Source of the DNA: an uncultured Bdellovibrionales bacterium
GTDB taxonomy: Bacteria; Bdellovibrionota_G; JALEGL01; JAGRMV01
Direction: 5' to 3'
DNA length: 64,000 nucleotides
NCBI GenBank assembly: GCA_964497185.1
Contig: CAZCBX010000010.1
Coordinates: 33,176-97,175, forward strand
The notes beneath the pieces were generated by a model. It was not told where the DNA came from. It saw only the letters and a list, made by a program, of their open reading frames with translations, and did not search any database. The first letter of the stretch is position 1. Each line of letters starts with the position of its first letter. Positions 9,789 through 18,951 of the stretch are shown piece after piece. Both the position numbers and the translations under genes were made by a program.

Positions 9789-9868
9789 GGTAAGTGTAGT
9801 GGTTAGAGGGCAATGGCTCGCTGCGCTGCGCTTTACTTGCCCTCTAACCACTACACTTACCGAGTACT
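9789..9868 (+). terminator. long perfect hairpin with a T-run; probable bidirectional terminator between convergent genes
   Basis: ggtaagtgtagtggttagagggcaa (9789-9813) is the exact reverse complement of ttgccctctaaccactacacttacc (9836-9860). The loop is 22 nt, followed by ...tactttttttt. Confidence 0.55.
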
Positions 9869-9895
9869 TTTGACAGATACTTTTTTTTGCAGAAG

Positions 9896-10612
9896 CTACT
9901 GATCGTCGCTAGTAAAAAAACCTCTCCATTTACCATTAATCCAGTACGAAACACCGCTGCTGTCGAATCCTAACTTGCTGTCATCTACAAAGTAGGAAAG
10001 TTTGTAGCGCTCATTGTCAGCCAGTTCACCATAAGTTTCCTTGGCGAGTGATTTACATTCTTCGTACACGTTATCAGACGGACTTACGATCAATTTTAGT
10101 TGTTTACTTACAAGAGGAAGGCGGATTGGTAAAATAGCTTCAGTACTCCAATCTTCAAGCTTAAAAGAACATACAAAAATTGTTTTTTCAGCCTTATGTA
10201 CTCGCTGATCGCCCCCAAATGACTCAGGTTCGTCTGTATTCATATCAGGATCATAATCAATTTTACCCTCATAAAGATGCAGACCAGTTCCACCGAAATC
10301 TGAATTTTTCTGGTTGCGATTATAGTGTAAAGGGCGGATGGCATAATACCAAGTGAAGTAAACTAAATCATATCCTCCTACGGACTCAAAGTGATTAACG
10401 GCCATTTCGTAAGCCATTTTACCGCAGCGCTGAGCAGCTTTGTAGTTTTCAGCGGTTCCTGCATTTGAATTGGATCGAAGGTCTAGGCCTTGAACCAGCC
10501 AGTAGGGCATGGTCTCAGAAACATTAAAGAATTCGCCCACGCTTTGAGCAATATCGGTCACAGTCGCTTCGTATTGCACTCTGCCAATATAACAATCTTT
10601 TCCCGGGACCAT
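9896..10612 (-). CDS. hypothetical protein, probably secreted (possible in-frame N-terminal extension to 10672)
   Basis: 238 aa with no recognisable family. In frame upstream of the ATG: IIKPTLILLSCLFSLSVYA|DMVPG, a textbook signal peptide with no ATG/GTG/TTG (see findings). Confidence 0.55.
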   Translation of the reverse strand: MVPGKDCYIGRVQYEATVTDIAQSVGEFFNVSETMPYWLVQGLDLRSNSNAGTAENYKAAQRCGKMAYEMAVNHFESVGGYDLVYFTWYYAIRPLHYNRNQKNSDFGGTGLHLYEGKIDYDPDMNTDEPESFGGDQRVHKAEKTIFVCSFKLEDWSTEAILPIRLPLVSKQLKLIVSPSDNVYEECKSLAKETYGELADNERYKLSYFVDDSKLGFDSSGVSYWINGKWRGFFTSDDQ

Positions 10613-10830
10613 ATCAGCGTAGACTGAAAGTGAAAATAGGCATGAAAGTAAAATTAAAGTTGGTTTTATTATGGTCTCCGATAGATTTTTGTTGTTTATG
10701 ACAAAGCGTGTAGCAGAATATAATGCATTAAGTCAATAAGATTGTTCGAATTTAAGTGAGTTTTGGACGGGTCAGACATAAGTGTGAAACCTTTATTTGT
10801 ACATGTAATCGCGTATGCTTTTGCGGTATG

Positions 10831-12201
10831 AAAATTGCCATTGCAGGAGCTACGGGATTTGTGGGGAGTCACTTGTTGAGAAAACTTGTGGCCGAAGGGC
10901 ATGACATTGTGGCGTTATCGCGTAGGGATTTATCGGACCAAAATACCGATCAGGTGCAGTGGAAGACTTGCGATTTGTTTTCACGTTTGGATTTGCTAGA
11001 GAGCATGAAGAACTGTCAGGCTGCTTTTTATTTGGTTCATTCGATGCTGCCTTCAGCTCGGCTGACGCAAGGGAGTTTTGCAGATTACGATTTGGTGTTG
11101 GCGGATAATTTTGCGCGGGCGGCCCGCATGCTTGAGTTGCAACACATTGTGTATGTCAGCGGCATCATTCCCGATGACTTTCAACTCAGTCGGCATTTGT
11201 TAAGCCGATTGGAGGTCGAACGCACCCTGAAAGCCAGCGGTGTGCCTGTCACCACGTTTCGGTCGGGCATTGTGTTGGGCATGGAGGGCTCTTCGTTTCG
11301 CATGATGGTGTCATTGGTGCATCATTTGCCCGTGATGATTTGTCCCAGTTGGACCCAGACATTGTCCAATCCAGTTTACATCGATGACCTGGCCGATGCC
11401 ATGGCTTTGGTGATCAGTGACGCTTCGCTGCAGGGGAAAACCTATGATGTGGGTGGTGACACCACACTTTCCTACCAGGACATGATGCAAAAATTGGCCA
11501 TCAAAATGAAAAAGAAGCGGTATTTTCTTTCTGTGCCGTTTTTTTCGCCGACCATTTCTCGTTGGTGGGTGGCACTGATTACAGGCGCACCCAAAGCATT
11601 GGTTTACCCTTTGGTGGGCAGTTTAAAAACCCATATGGTGCCCAATGTTCACAGACGTATTCCATCCGATAAGCTGCGGTGGCGAAGTTTTGATCAAGCC
11701 ATGGAGACCATTTTTAACAAACCCAAAACACCGGATGTCCAACCCCGCGCGTTTCAATATACGGGTACGGGCAAGGAAGCTGAAGTTCGATCCATTCAGC
11801 GGTTGGAAACTTTATATCGGTTTACAGCCAAAGAGGTGGCCGAGCTGTATTTTCAATGGCTGCCCAAGTTTTGTCGACCATGGGTAAGAGTGGAGGCCAA
11901 AGATAGCGAAATACAGCTTTTCGGCTGGGGCATGAAAAAACCTCTGATGACATTTGTCTATAGCAGCAAGGTCAGCCAAGAGGCACACCAGGTGTATTAT
12001 ATTCGCAAAGGTTATTTGACCCATGGTCGTGGAAGAGGGCGATTGAGCTTTCGCAGCATCATTGATCTTCGGTACACCATGGTTGAAATTCATGAGTTTC
12101 AACCAAGTTTGCCGTGGTATGTATATAAATATACGCAGGCTATTTTGCACTTATGGGTGATGCGACGCTTTAATCGTTACCTGTTAAGTATTAAAAAATA
12201 A
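10831..12201 (+). CDS. NAD(P)-binding SDR/NmrA-like protein with a C-terminal DUF2867-like domain
   Basis: Start at MKIAIAGATGFVGSHLLRKL (Rossmann GxxGxxG); ~456 aa with an extra ~170 aa C-terminal domain. The 10756 start in the ORF track is probably too early. Confidence 0.5.
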   Translation, partial: KIAIAGATGFVGSHLLRKLVAEGHDIVALSRRDLSDQNTDQVQWKTCDLFSRLDLLESMKNCQAAFYLVHSMLPSARLTQGSFADYDLVLADNFARAARMLELQHIVYVSGIIPDDFQLSRHLLSRLEVERTLKASGVPVTTFRSGIVLGMEGSSFRMMVSLVHHLPVMICPSWTQTLSNPVYIDDLADAMALVISDASLQGKTYDVGGDTTLSYQDMMQKLAIKMKKKRYFLSVPFFSPTISRWWVALITGAPKALVYPLVGSLKTHMVPNVHRRIPSDKLRWRSFDQAMETIFNKPKTPDVQPRAFQYTGTGKEAEVRSIQRLETLYRFTAKEVAELYFQWLPKFCRPWVRVEAKDSEIQLFGWGMKKPLMTFVYSSKVSQEAHQVYYIRKGYLTHGRGRGRLSFRSIIDLRYTMVEIHEFQPSLPWYVYKYTQAILHLWVMRRFNRYLLSIKK

Positions 12202-12319
12202 TCCACTTTTTATAATGCCGATTTTTTTTAAAATGGCCAATGGAGGATGCATTTTATTGTTGTGTTTTGAAAACGCGCCAGGTAGGCTACTTTTCATTAC
12301 ATTAACCAAGGATTACAAA

Positions 12320-12517
12320 ATGAGTACAGGTACCGTTAAATTTTTTAACACAGATAAAGGTTTTGGTTTCATCACCCGTGAAGGCGAAAGCGAATTATTT
12401 TTCCACATTTCAGACGTTCGAGGTCAAGAGCCCCGCGAAGGTGATAAAGTCGAATTTGAAGTAGGCGAAGGCCGAAAAGGCCCTTGCGCGCAAAACGTTA
12501 GCGTTTCTGGTAGCTAA
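12320..12517 (+). CDS. cspA: cold-shock protein, CspA family
   Basis: MSTGTVKFFNTDKGFGFITREGESELFFHISDV: RNP1/RNP2 motifs, 65 aa, AAGGA Shine-Dalgarno 8 nt upstream, long 5' UTR. Confidence 0.9.
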   Translation: MSTGTVKFFNTDKGFGFITREGESELFFHISDVRGQEPREGDKVEFEVGEGRKGPCAQNVSVSGS

Positions 12518-12530
12518 ATACCAGTCGATA

Positions 12531-12567
12531 GCCACTTTTATACAAGTGGCAACATTGCATTTTATTT
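12531..12567 (+). terminator. Rho-independent terminator of the csp gene
   Basis: gccactttta/tacaagtggc hairpin followed by aacattgcattttattt. Confidence 0.6.
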
Positions 12568-12631
12568 AGGCCATTGTGATGTTTTATCTTGGTTTTAATT
12601 TTGAAGACAACGGGTCAGAGAAATTTTTAAT

Positions 12632-13258
12632 TTGATAAAACGCATTTCCCCATTGATCCATGCGTTGGTGCCTTGGAGCATACTGTTGTATGTGTGCACC
12701 TATGCATTGTCTGCTTGGTATTATCCAGGTGGTCATCATTGGGACCATGACGCATTGGGCTTTCACTGGTTGCACAATTATGGATGTGACCTATTGGACC
12801 CCTTTACGCATAGCTTGAGGTTTCATTCGACTTTTTGGCTTGCCCGCGTAGGGCTGCTTGGGCTGTTGATCGGGCTTGGTATTTTTTTTATCAGCTTGCC
12901 ATGGCCTACGCATCCTCAATGGCGCGTCGTCATGATTGCGATCAAGAGCACGGGCCTTATTTCCATGATTTCTGCAGGGCTGATGTTTAGCCCATGGCAT
13001 GATGCTTCGGTTATTGTTGCTTTTTGCTTTTTATTGATCAGCATATCGGGTCTTGCAGTTTTGTATGGTTTGAATCAATCAAAGTCAGTTATGCTTCGGC
13101 TTTTGCCCGCCTATGGGGTGGGATGTCTGTGTTTTTTAATGTGGATCACCCAAACTTATTTGATGTGGGTGCCATTGTTGCAAAAGATTGCAGTGGCCTT
13201 TTTTTTATACTGGGTTTGGCATGTTCATCACACCCACCGACAAACGCAGCGGGCGTGA
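12632..13258 (+). CDS. hypothetical polytopic membrane protein
   Basis: 208 aa with five to six hydrophobic helices, His/Trp-rich; no family recognised. Confidence 0.4.
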   Translation: MIKRISPLIHALVPWSILLYVCTYALSAWYYPGGHHWDHDALGFHWLHNYGCDLLDPFTHSLRFHSTFWLARVGLLGLLIGLGIFFISLPWPTHPQWRVVMIAIKSTGLISMISAGLMFSPWHDASVIVAFCFLLISISGLAVLYGLNQSKSVMLRLLPAYGVGCLCFLMWITQTYLMWVPLLQKIAVAFFLYWVWHVHHTHRQTQRA

Positions 13259-13278
13259 TGAACAAGGGGTTTTGAGGC

Positions 13279-13617
13279 TTACGCAACGCTTTTGAGGTGC
13301 GGCCTCGAATCGTCATTGTCTTTTGTGGGTGGACAAAACGGTGTTTGTTGACTTATTTTTTTCGCCAGTTGATCCACCAGGTCAAAAAAACCAGCGCTTC
13401 GGCTTTCCAGCATGATGGGGTGGGTGCCGTTGGTCGACATGAGCACTCTGAGAAACAGATCTTTTTCATGCGCATCGTCTTCAAAACGAAAAAGACGAAT
13501 CACCATTTTATCAATGCAGGATCGCTGTGGTCCCAACGCTTGCTCCAAACGATGCAAGATGTGTTGGTGCATGGAAAGTGTAATGTTGAGGTTGCGACAG
13601 CCAAAATCAATTTTCAT
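13279..13617 (-). CDS. hypothetical protein, divergent from the LysR regulator
   Basis: 112 aa ORF with consistent codon usage; divergent partner of the NhaR-like regulator; no family recognised. Confidence 0.35.
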   Translation of the reverse strand: MKIDFGCRNLNITLSMHQHILHRLEQALGPQRSCIDKMVIRLFRFEDDAHEKDLFLRVLMSTNGTHPIMLESRSAGFFDLVDQLAKKISQQTPFCPPTKDNDDSRPHLKSVA

Positions 13618-13719
13618 GGTGGGCTCCTTTGTTACTTATACTATCTCAAAAACAACATTCATAGACAAATAGAAAGTTTATATGAGACATATAGATTTTG
13701 ATTATGTATAATGGTGCCC

Positions 13720-14640
13720 ATGCAACAACTTAATTATCATCATTTGCAATATTTTTGGATGGTGGCCAAGGAGGGCAGTATTACCCAGGCCGCTAAAAAA
13801 CTCCGAGTGTCTCAACCCACGGTGAGTGCGCAGCTGGCGCAACTAGAGGAGAATATGCAAGTGGTTTTGTTTACCAAGGCAGGTCGAGGCCTTCGTTTAA
13901 CCGACACCGGTAAGGTGGTTTTTCGCTATGCGCAGGACATTTTCTCCACGGGGGAAGATTTGCTGCATGCCATGGAGAGTGCAGGCTCCACCAGTGCCAG
14001 AAGGTTGCACATTGGGGTGGCGATGGTCATCCCCAAACTGGTGGCCAGTCGGCTGATTGAAATTACGCTTCAAAGTAGTCCAGCGGTGGTCCCGATATGC
14101 ACAGAAGACAACCTAGAGCAGCTTTTGGCAAAACTTTCGGTGCACGAATTGGACGTTGTGTTGTCCGACTCGCCGATTCCACCTTTGGTAAACGTAAAAG
14201 CGTACAATCATCGCTTGGGGCAATCGGGCATTTCATTTTGTGTGGCCAAAAGTCAGGCCAAAAAATACAAAGATTTCCCATCTTGTTTGGATCATCAACC
14301 CATGTTGATGCCCACCGAAGGTACCATGCTGCGTCGATCCCTTGAGCAGTGGTTCGAAAATCATCAAGTTCAGCCGCACATCAAAGCTGAATTTCAAGAT
14401 ACAGCGCTTTTGAAAGTTTTTGGACAACAGGGCCATGGCGTATTTCCCGTTCCTACGCTGATCGATCAGCAAGTTGAAAAGCAATACAATGTTAAAGTGA
14501 TCGGCCGCACAAAGGAAATTATGGAAACCTATTATGCCATTTCTGTGGAGCGAAAGATCTCTCATCCAGCTGTTCAGAAAATTGCCAAGCAGGCCATTGC
14601 TCGCATATTCGACCCCAAAGGAGGAAGCAGTAAGAAATAA
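13720..14640 (+). CDS. LysR-family transcriptional regulator, NhaR-like
   Basis: QQLNYHHLQYFWMVAKEGSITQAA parallels E. coli NhaR INYNHLYYFWHVYKEGSVVGAA, and ETYYAISVERKISHPAVQKI parallels EYHAIFAERMIQHPAVQRI. A TATAAT box lies at 13700-13705. Confidence 0.8.
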   Translation: MQQLNYHHLQYFWMVAKEGSITQAAKKLRVSQPTVSAQLAQLEENMQVVLFTKAGRGLRLTDTGKVVFRYAQDIFSTGEDLLHAMESAGSTSARRLHIGVAMVIPKLVASRLIEITLQSSPAVVPICTEDNLEQLLAKLSVHELDVVLSDSPIPPLVNVKAYNHRLGQSGISFCVAKSQAKKYKDFPSCLDHQPMLMPTEGTMLRRSLEQWFENHQVQPHIKAEFQDTALLKVFGQQGHGVFPVPTLIDQQVEKQYNVKVIGRTKEIMETYYAISVERKISHPAVQKIAKQAIARIFDPKGGSSKK

Positions 14641-14720
14641 GTCCATCTCTTTTTTTGTTTTACCGGCACGGTTTCATTTGACCCTAGCCGGTTATTGACC
14701 CAAAATGGAGGGGCCACTGG

Positions 14721-16418
14721 TTGACTATGAAAAAATCCAATCCCAATACGCTAATTTTCGAAAAGCTGTATCGCGCCGTTGTGGCGATGTTAAGCCCTGA
14801 ACATTCATTTTACATTGTGGCGATTATCTATGGTGCGGCCGTAAGCTTGCTGACGCTGGCCATCCCCATTTCGGTACAGGCATTGGTGAACACCATTGCT
14901 TTTGGTGTTTTGTTTCAACCCCTCATGATTTTAAGCTTGGTGCTGTTTTTGCTGCTTGTATTTTCTGGGGTCCTCAATGCCTTGCAAACATATGTTATAG
15001 AGATTTTTCAGCGTAAATTTTATGCGCGCACCACTTCTGACATTGCCATTCGTCTGATCAATGCAGACATCCATGCCCTGGCAAAGCGCAACGGGGTGGA
15101 ATTGGTGAACCGGTATTTTGACGTAATGACAGTGCAAAAAAGTGTTACGCATCTTTTGACCGGCGGTGTATCGGTGCTGCTGCAATCGATGGTGGGGCTG
15201 TTGCTTTTGGCTTTTTATCATCCATACTTTTTGGCATTTGATGTGTTGCTTTTGATTTTGCTTTGGTTGGTGTGGGCGCTATACGGCAAGAAAGCCATTT
15301 TATCCGCCATCAAGGAATCGACGGCCAAGTATGAAACAGCCAGCTGGCTAGAGGATATAGCCCACGCCAATCTCTTTCTGCAGTCCACGGCCAAAAAAGA
15401 GTTTGCGCTAAACCAGGCCGATGATCGGATTTTAAATTACTTGTCCCATCGTAAGTTTCATTTTCGACGGGTCTTTAAGCAGATCATCATGCTGTTGGTG
15501 ATTTACGCATTGATGAGTGCGTTGATTTTGGGCTTGGGGGGGTTTTTAGTAGCCGACGGGCAATTAACCCTGGGCCAGCTGGTGGCGGCAGAGTTGATTA
15601 TCACAGTCATATTGGCCAGTTTTGCCAAGTCTGGCAAATACCTTGAGTCTTTTTATGATTTGGTGGCAGCGGTCGATAAATTGTCCGCTTTTTATGAGCT
15701 GCCCACCATCGAAAGCTCAGACAGTAAGCTGCAGTTAAAAGGGCACGATCTTGTGCTTGAAAATGTGGAGGTGCGCGTCAACCAACGGTTGCTTCACCTT
15801 GATCTCCAACTGGATGAAGGCAAAAATTATGTGGTTTACTCCTCTTTCTATTCCTCTACCTGCATGATGATGGATTTGCTCAATGGTCATTTGCAGAAGT
15901 ACACGGGAAGTCTTCGTCTTGGTGACATTGACTATCAAGATGTGGCCATGCTGGATATTCGAGACCAAGTGCGTTTGGTGGATCGACCTGTTTTTTTTCG
16001 TGGCTCCATTGCCGACAACCTAACGCATGGCATGCAAGATATCGAACGGTCCAAAATCATCCATGCTTTGGAAACAGTGGATATTGACATTCACAGTGAT
16101 TATTTGCCTGAAGGGCTTGATACGCAGATTTTTGCTTCAGGATATCCACTATGGCCCTCGCAATTGATTCGATTGGACATTGCCCGAGCCCTATTGTCGG
16201 AGCCCAAAGTGTTAATGTTGTCGCCCGCTTTTGATCAAATAGAAGATCAACGAAAAGTGAAAATTTTGCTGGCGCTAAGGCGCATGTCCACCACCGTCAT
16301 TTTATTCAGTCATTTGGAACAACAGGTGGTGGATTTTGATCAATACCTTTGGCTCAAGCGTGAACAGCTTCTCCTATTCGATACCGCTCAAGCATTTCAG
16401 GAGAGCAAGGCATCATGA
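14721..16418 (+). CDS. ABC exporter-like protein (type I exporter TMD) with a degenerate nucleotide-binding domain
   Basis: Six-TM HlyB/MsbA-like transmembrane domain. In the NBD, Walker A is replaced by KNYVVYSSFYSSTCMMMD, the LSGGQ signature by YPLWPSQ, and Walker B LILDE by LMLSPAFD. The H-loop His is retained (FSHLEQ). No C39 peptidase domain. Confidence 0.7.
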   Translation: MTMKKSNPNTLIFEKLYRAVVAMLSPEHSFYIVAIIYGAAVSLLTLAIPISVQALVNTIAFGVLFQPLMILSLVLFLLLVFSGVLNALQTYVIEIFQRKFYARTTSDIAIRLINADIHALAKRNGVELVNRYFDVMTVQKSVTHLLTGGVSVLLQSMVGLLLLAFYHPYFLAFDVLLLILLWLVWALYGKKAILSAIKESTAKYETASWLEDIAHANLFLQSTAKKEFALNQADDRILNYLSHRKFHFRRVFKQIIMLLVIYALMSALILGLGGFLVADGQLTLGQLVAAELIITVILASFAKSGKYLESFYDLVAAVDKLSAFYELPTIESSDSKLQLKGHDLVLENVEVRVNQRLLHLDLQLDEGKNYVVYSSFYSSTCMMMDLLNGHLQKYTGSLRLGDIDYQDVAMLDIRDQVRLVDRPVFFRGSIADNLTHGMQDIERSKIIHALETVDIDIHSDYLPEGLDTQIFASGYPLWPSQLIRLDIARALLSEPKVLMLSPAFDQIEDQRKVKILLALRRMSTTVILFSHLEQQVVDFDQYLWLKREQLLLFDTAQAFQESKAS

Positions 16419-17500
16419 TCACGCCCGAAAATCACCCAAAGGATGAAAAGTTTTTTCAATCCCTTTTGCTGTACCATCCCCCGCGATGGATGCGGATATT
16501 ATCCAACCTTTTGATTGGCGCGCTGGTGCTTATGGTTTTAATGCTAAGCTTAACCCCTTGGCAGCAAACCTCGCGCGGCAAAGGTCAAGTCATTGCATTT
16601 GATCCCAATGATCGATTGCAAAATATTAACTCGCCTGTGCCTGGACGGGTAGAGGAGTGGTTTGTTCAAGATGGCTCAGATGTGAAAAAGGGAGATCCCA
16701 TTGTTGAGATCATTGACAATGACCCCCAGTACATGGAGCGACTCACTTTGGAACGAGACGCCGCTTTTCGTGAATACGATGCAGCAAAGTCTGCCAGTGA
16801 AACAGCCTTGCTTAATTACCGTCGGCAGAAGGATTTGTTCGACAAGGGATTAAGCTCTAGGCGTGAATTTGAAAAATCAAACATCGAATATAAAAAACTT
16901 CTGTCCACTGAAGCCCAAGCTGCTGCTGGACTAGCCAAAGCTGAAGTCAAGTTGTCACGTCAACAAAACCAGCTCGTAACCGCGCCCCGTGATGGAACAA
17001 TTTTAAGAGTGCTTCATGGCGCTGGCTCTATCATGGTCAAAGAAGGGGATGTGCTGGCTTCCTTTGTGCCCAAAACGGCCAAACCGGCGGTGGAAATTTA
17101 TATTCGAGGCAATGATTTGCCGCTGGTCTATCCTGGCCGTCACGTTCGTTTGCAGTTTGAAGGGTGGCCCGCTGTGCAGTTTAGTGGTTGGCCTTCGGTT
17201 GCGGTCGGCACGTTTGGCGGGGTGGTGTCGGTGGTGGATTCTTCAGCAAGTCACGGTGGTAAGTTTCGTGTCATTGTGGTGCCAGAAGAAGGAGAGTCGT
17301 GGCCAGACAATCAATTTTTAAGACAGGGCACACGGGTGTATGGGTGGGTATTGCTCAACACTGTCAAATTGGGATACGAGCTGTGGCGACAATTTAACGG
17401 TTTTCCCCCAGCCATGGAAGAGGCCCCCGATCCCAAACAACAACCATTTCAGCAACCCACCTTTGAGCCCAAAGCTTCAAAAGCAGAGGAATCCTCATGA
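16415..17500 (+). CDS. HlyD-family periplasmic adaptor (membrane fusion protein)
   Basis: N-terminal TM anchor, lipoyl-like GRVEEWFVQDGSDVKKGDPIVEI motif, coiled-coil middle; 4-nt overlap with the upstream ABC gene. Confidence 0.8.
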   Translation: MITPENHPKDEKFFQSLLLYHPPRWMRILSNLLIGALVLMVLMLSLTPWQQTSRGKGQVIAFDPNDRLQNINSPVPGRVEEWFVQDGSDVKKGDPIVEIIDNDPQYMERLTLERDAAFREYDAAKSASETALLNYRRQKDLFDKGLSSRREFEKSNIEYKKLLSTEAQAAAGLAKAEVKLSRQQNQLVTAPRDGTILRVLHGAGSIMVKEGDVLASFVPKTAKPAVEIYIRGNDLPLVYPGRHVRLQFEGWPAVQFSGWPSVAVGTFGGVVSVVDSSASHGGKFRVIVVPEEGESWPDNQFLRQGTRVYGWVLLNTVKLGYELWRQFNGFPPAMEEAPDPKQQPFQQPTFEPKASKAEESS

Positions 17501-18894
17501 AGCCAATGGCATGGCTGATCATGGTCTGCTTCATCACGGTTGGGGTTCAAGCAGCTGAAAAAAAAGTGGTGTCTGAAGAGGCGGTGATCCAATCGATGTC
17601 CAGACATTATCCAGCTGTCATGGCAGAACTGGAAAATGTAGAGGCCGCCAGTCAAGCAGCCATTGAGGCTCAAGGGGCTTTCGATTTTACGCTGCGATCC
17701 AAGGCGGATATTCGAACCAAAGGCTTTTATGATGGTCGATCGGTCGGTTTGCAGGCTGTCAAACCTTTTGCTCCTCTCAATGGTGAAGTGTACGGCGGCT
17801 ATCGGGTGTCGGATGGGCAGTATCCTTCGTATGAAGGAAAAATAGATACATTAAGTCGAGGGGAATGGAACGCTGGGTTGAATCTATCTTTGTGGCGAAA
17901 TCTTGGCATCGATTCAAGGCGATTGAATCAATGGAACGCCCGTTTGGATGTGCAGGGCGCTGAGTACGATTTGGCACAAACCAAACTGGAAGTGTTTCGC
18001 AAGGGTTTAGAAGCCTATTGGCGGTGGGTGACGGCCACCAAAGTTTTAAGTGTGTATCAGCGATTGTTGACCATTGCGCAAGCACGCAATGAGGCCTTGA
18101 GCCAGCGGGTGCGTAAGGGAGATCTGGCGGATATTTATTTAGAGGAAAATCAGCAGTACATTGTTCGACGAAAAGCGCAGCTGCTGCAAGCTGAAAGAGA
18201 TTGGCAAACACAAACATTTGAGCTTTCTTTGTACCTTCGCGATGACAATGGGCAACCCATGATTTTAACCCATGAAGCTGTGCCGTCTCAGCGAGATGAG
18301 TTTTTTAAAATTACCATCGATCAAATGCAAGAAGATGTTGCCTATGCATTGAATCATCATCCGTTGGTACAGGGTGTAGAAGTCGAAATGGAAAAGCGAA
18401 ACAACGTAGCACGTTTGGGGCAAAATTTACTTCAACCCAAAGTGGATTTATCGGTTGAGGTGTCCAATGATGTAGGCCAGGGCCCCAATGAGCTGGAGCC
18501 CATGGAAAATCGTGCAATGTTGCAAGTTGAAATCCCCATCGAAAGACGAAAAGGGCGTGGTAAAAGAGACCAAGCCCGAGCGGAGATTCGTGCCCTTGAA
18601 TGGCAAAAGCAGTTGTTGATGGATCAAATCAAGGCAGAATTTGCCACTTTGGTTCAAGAAATGAATTTAATGGCCGAAACCATTGAACTGACAGAAAAAG
18701 AAATGCAGCTCGCCATGGTTTTGGAAGACGCTGAGCAAGAACGGTTTGATAGAGGCGCGAGTGACTTTTTTGTGGTCAATCTTCGAGAACAAAACACCGC
18801 CAGTGCGCAGATTGGCAATTTGAAAGCCAAATTGGAATATGAAAAAACCTGGGCACAGTATCGGGCGTTATCGATGTTGTGGCTGCGACCTTGA
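17497..18894 (+). CDS. TolC-family outer membrane efflux protein
   Basis: 465 aa with signal peptide and two TolC-like repeat halves with coiled-coil segments; 4-nt overlap with the HlyD gene. Confidence 0.75.
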   Translation: MKPMAWLIMVCFITVGVQAAEKKVVSEEAVIQSMSRHYPAVMAELENVEAASQAAIEAQGAFDFTLRSKADIRTKGFYDGRSVGLQAVKPFAPLNGEVYGGYRVSDGQYPSYEGKIDTLSRGEWNAGLNLSLWRNLGIDSRRLNQWNARLDVQGAEYDLAQTKLEVFRKGLEAYWRWVTATKVLSVYQRLLTIAQARNEALSQRVRKGDLADIYLEENQQYIVRRKAQLLQAERDWQTQTFELSLYLRDDNGQPMILTHEAVPSQRDEFFKITIDQMQEDVAYALNHHPLVQGVEVEMEKRNNVARLGQNLLQPKVDLSVEVSNDVGQGPNELEPMENRAMLQVEIPIERRKGRGKRDQARAEIRALEWQKQLLMDQIKAEFATLVQEMNLMAETIELTEKEMQLAMVLEDAEQERFDRGASDFFVVNLREQNTASAQIGNLKAKLEYEKTWAQYRALSMLWLRP

Positions 18895-18951
18895 TATTTC
18901 ACTTTATTGACAAAATATACAGATTTTAAGAAATTTGGTAGGCTCCAGCCT

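Noticed and set aside
17016-17321. 101-aa Cys/Trp-rich ORF
   Set aside because: It is an alternative frame inside the HlyD-family gene.
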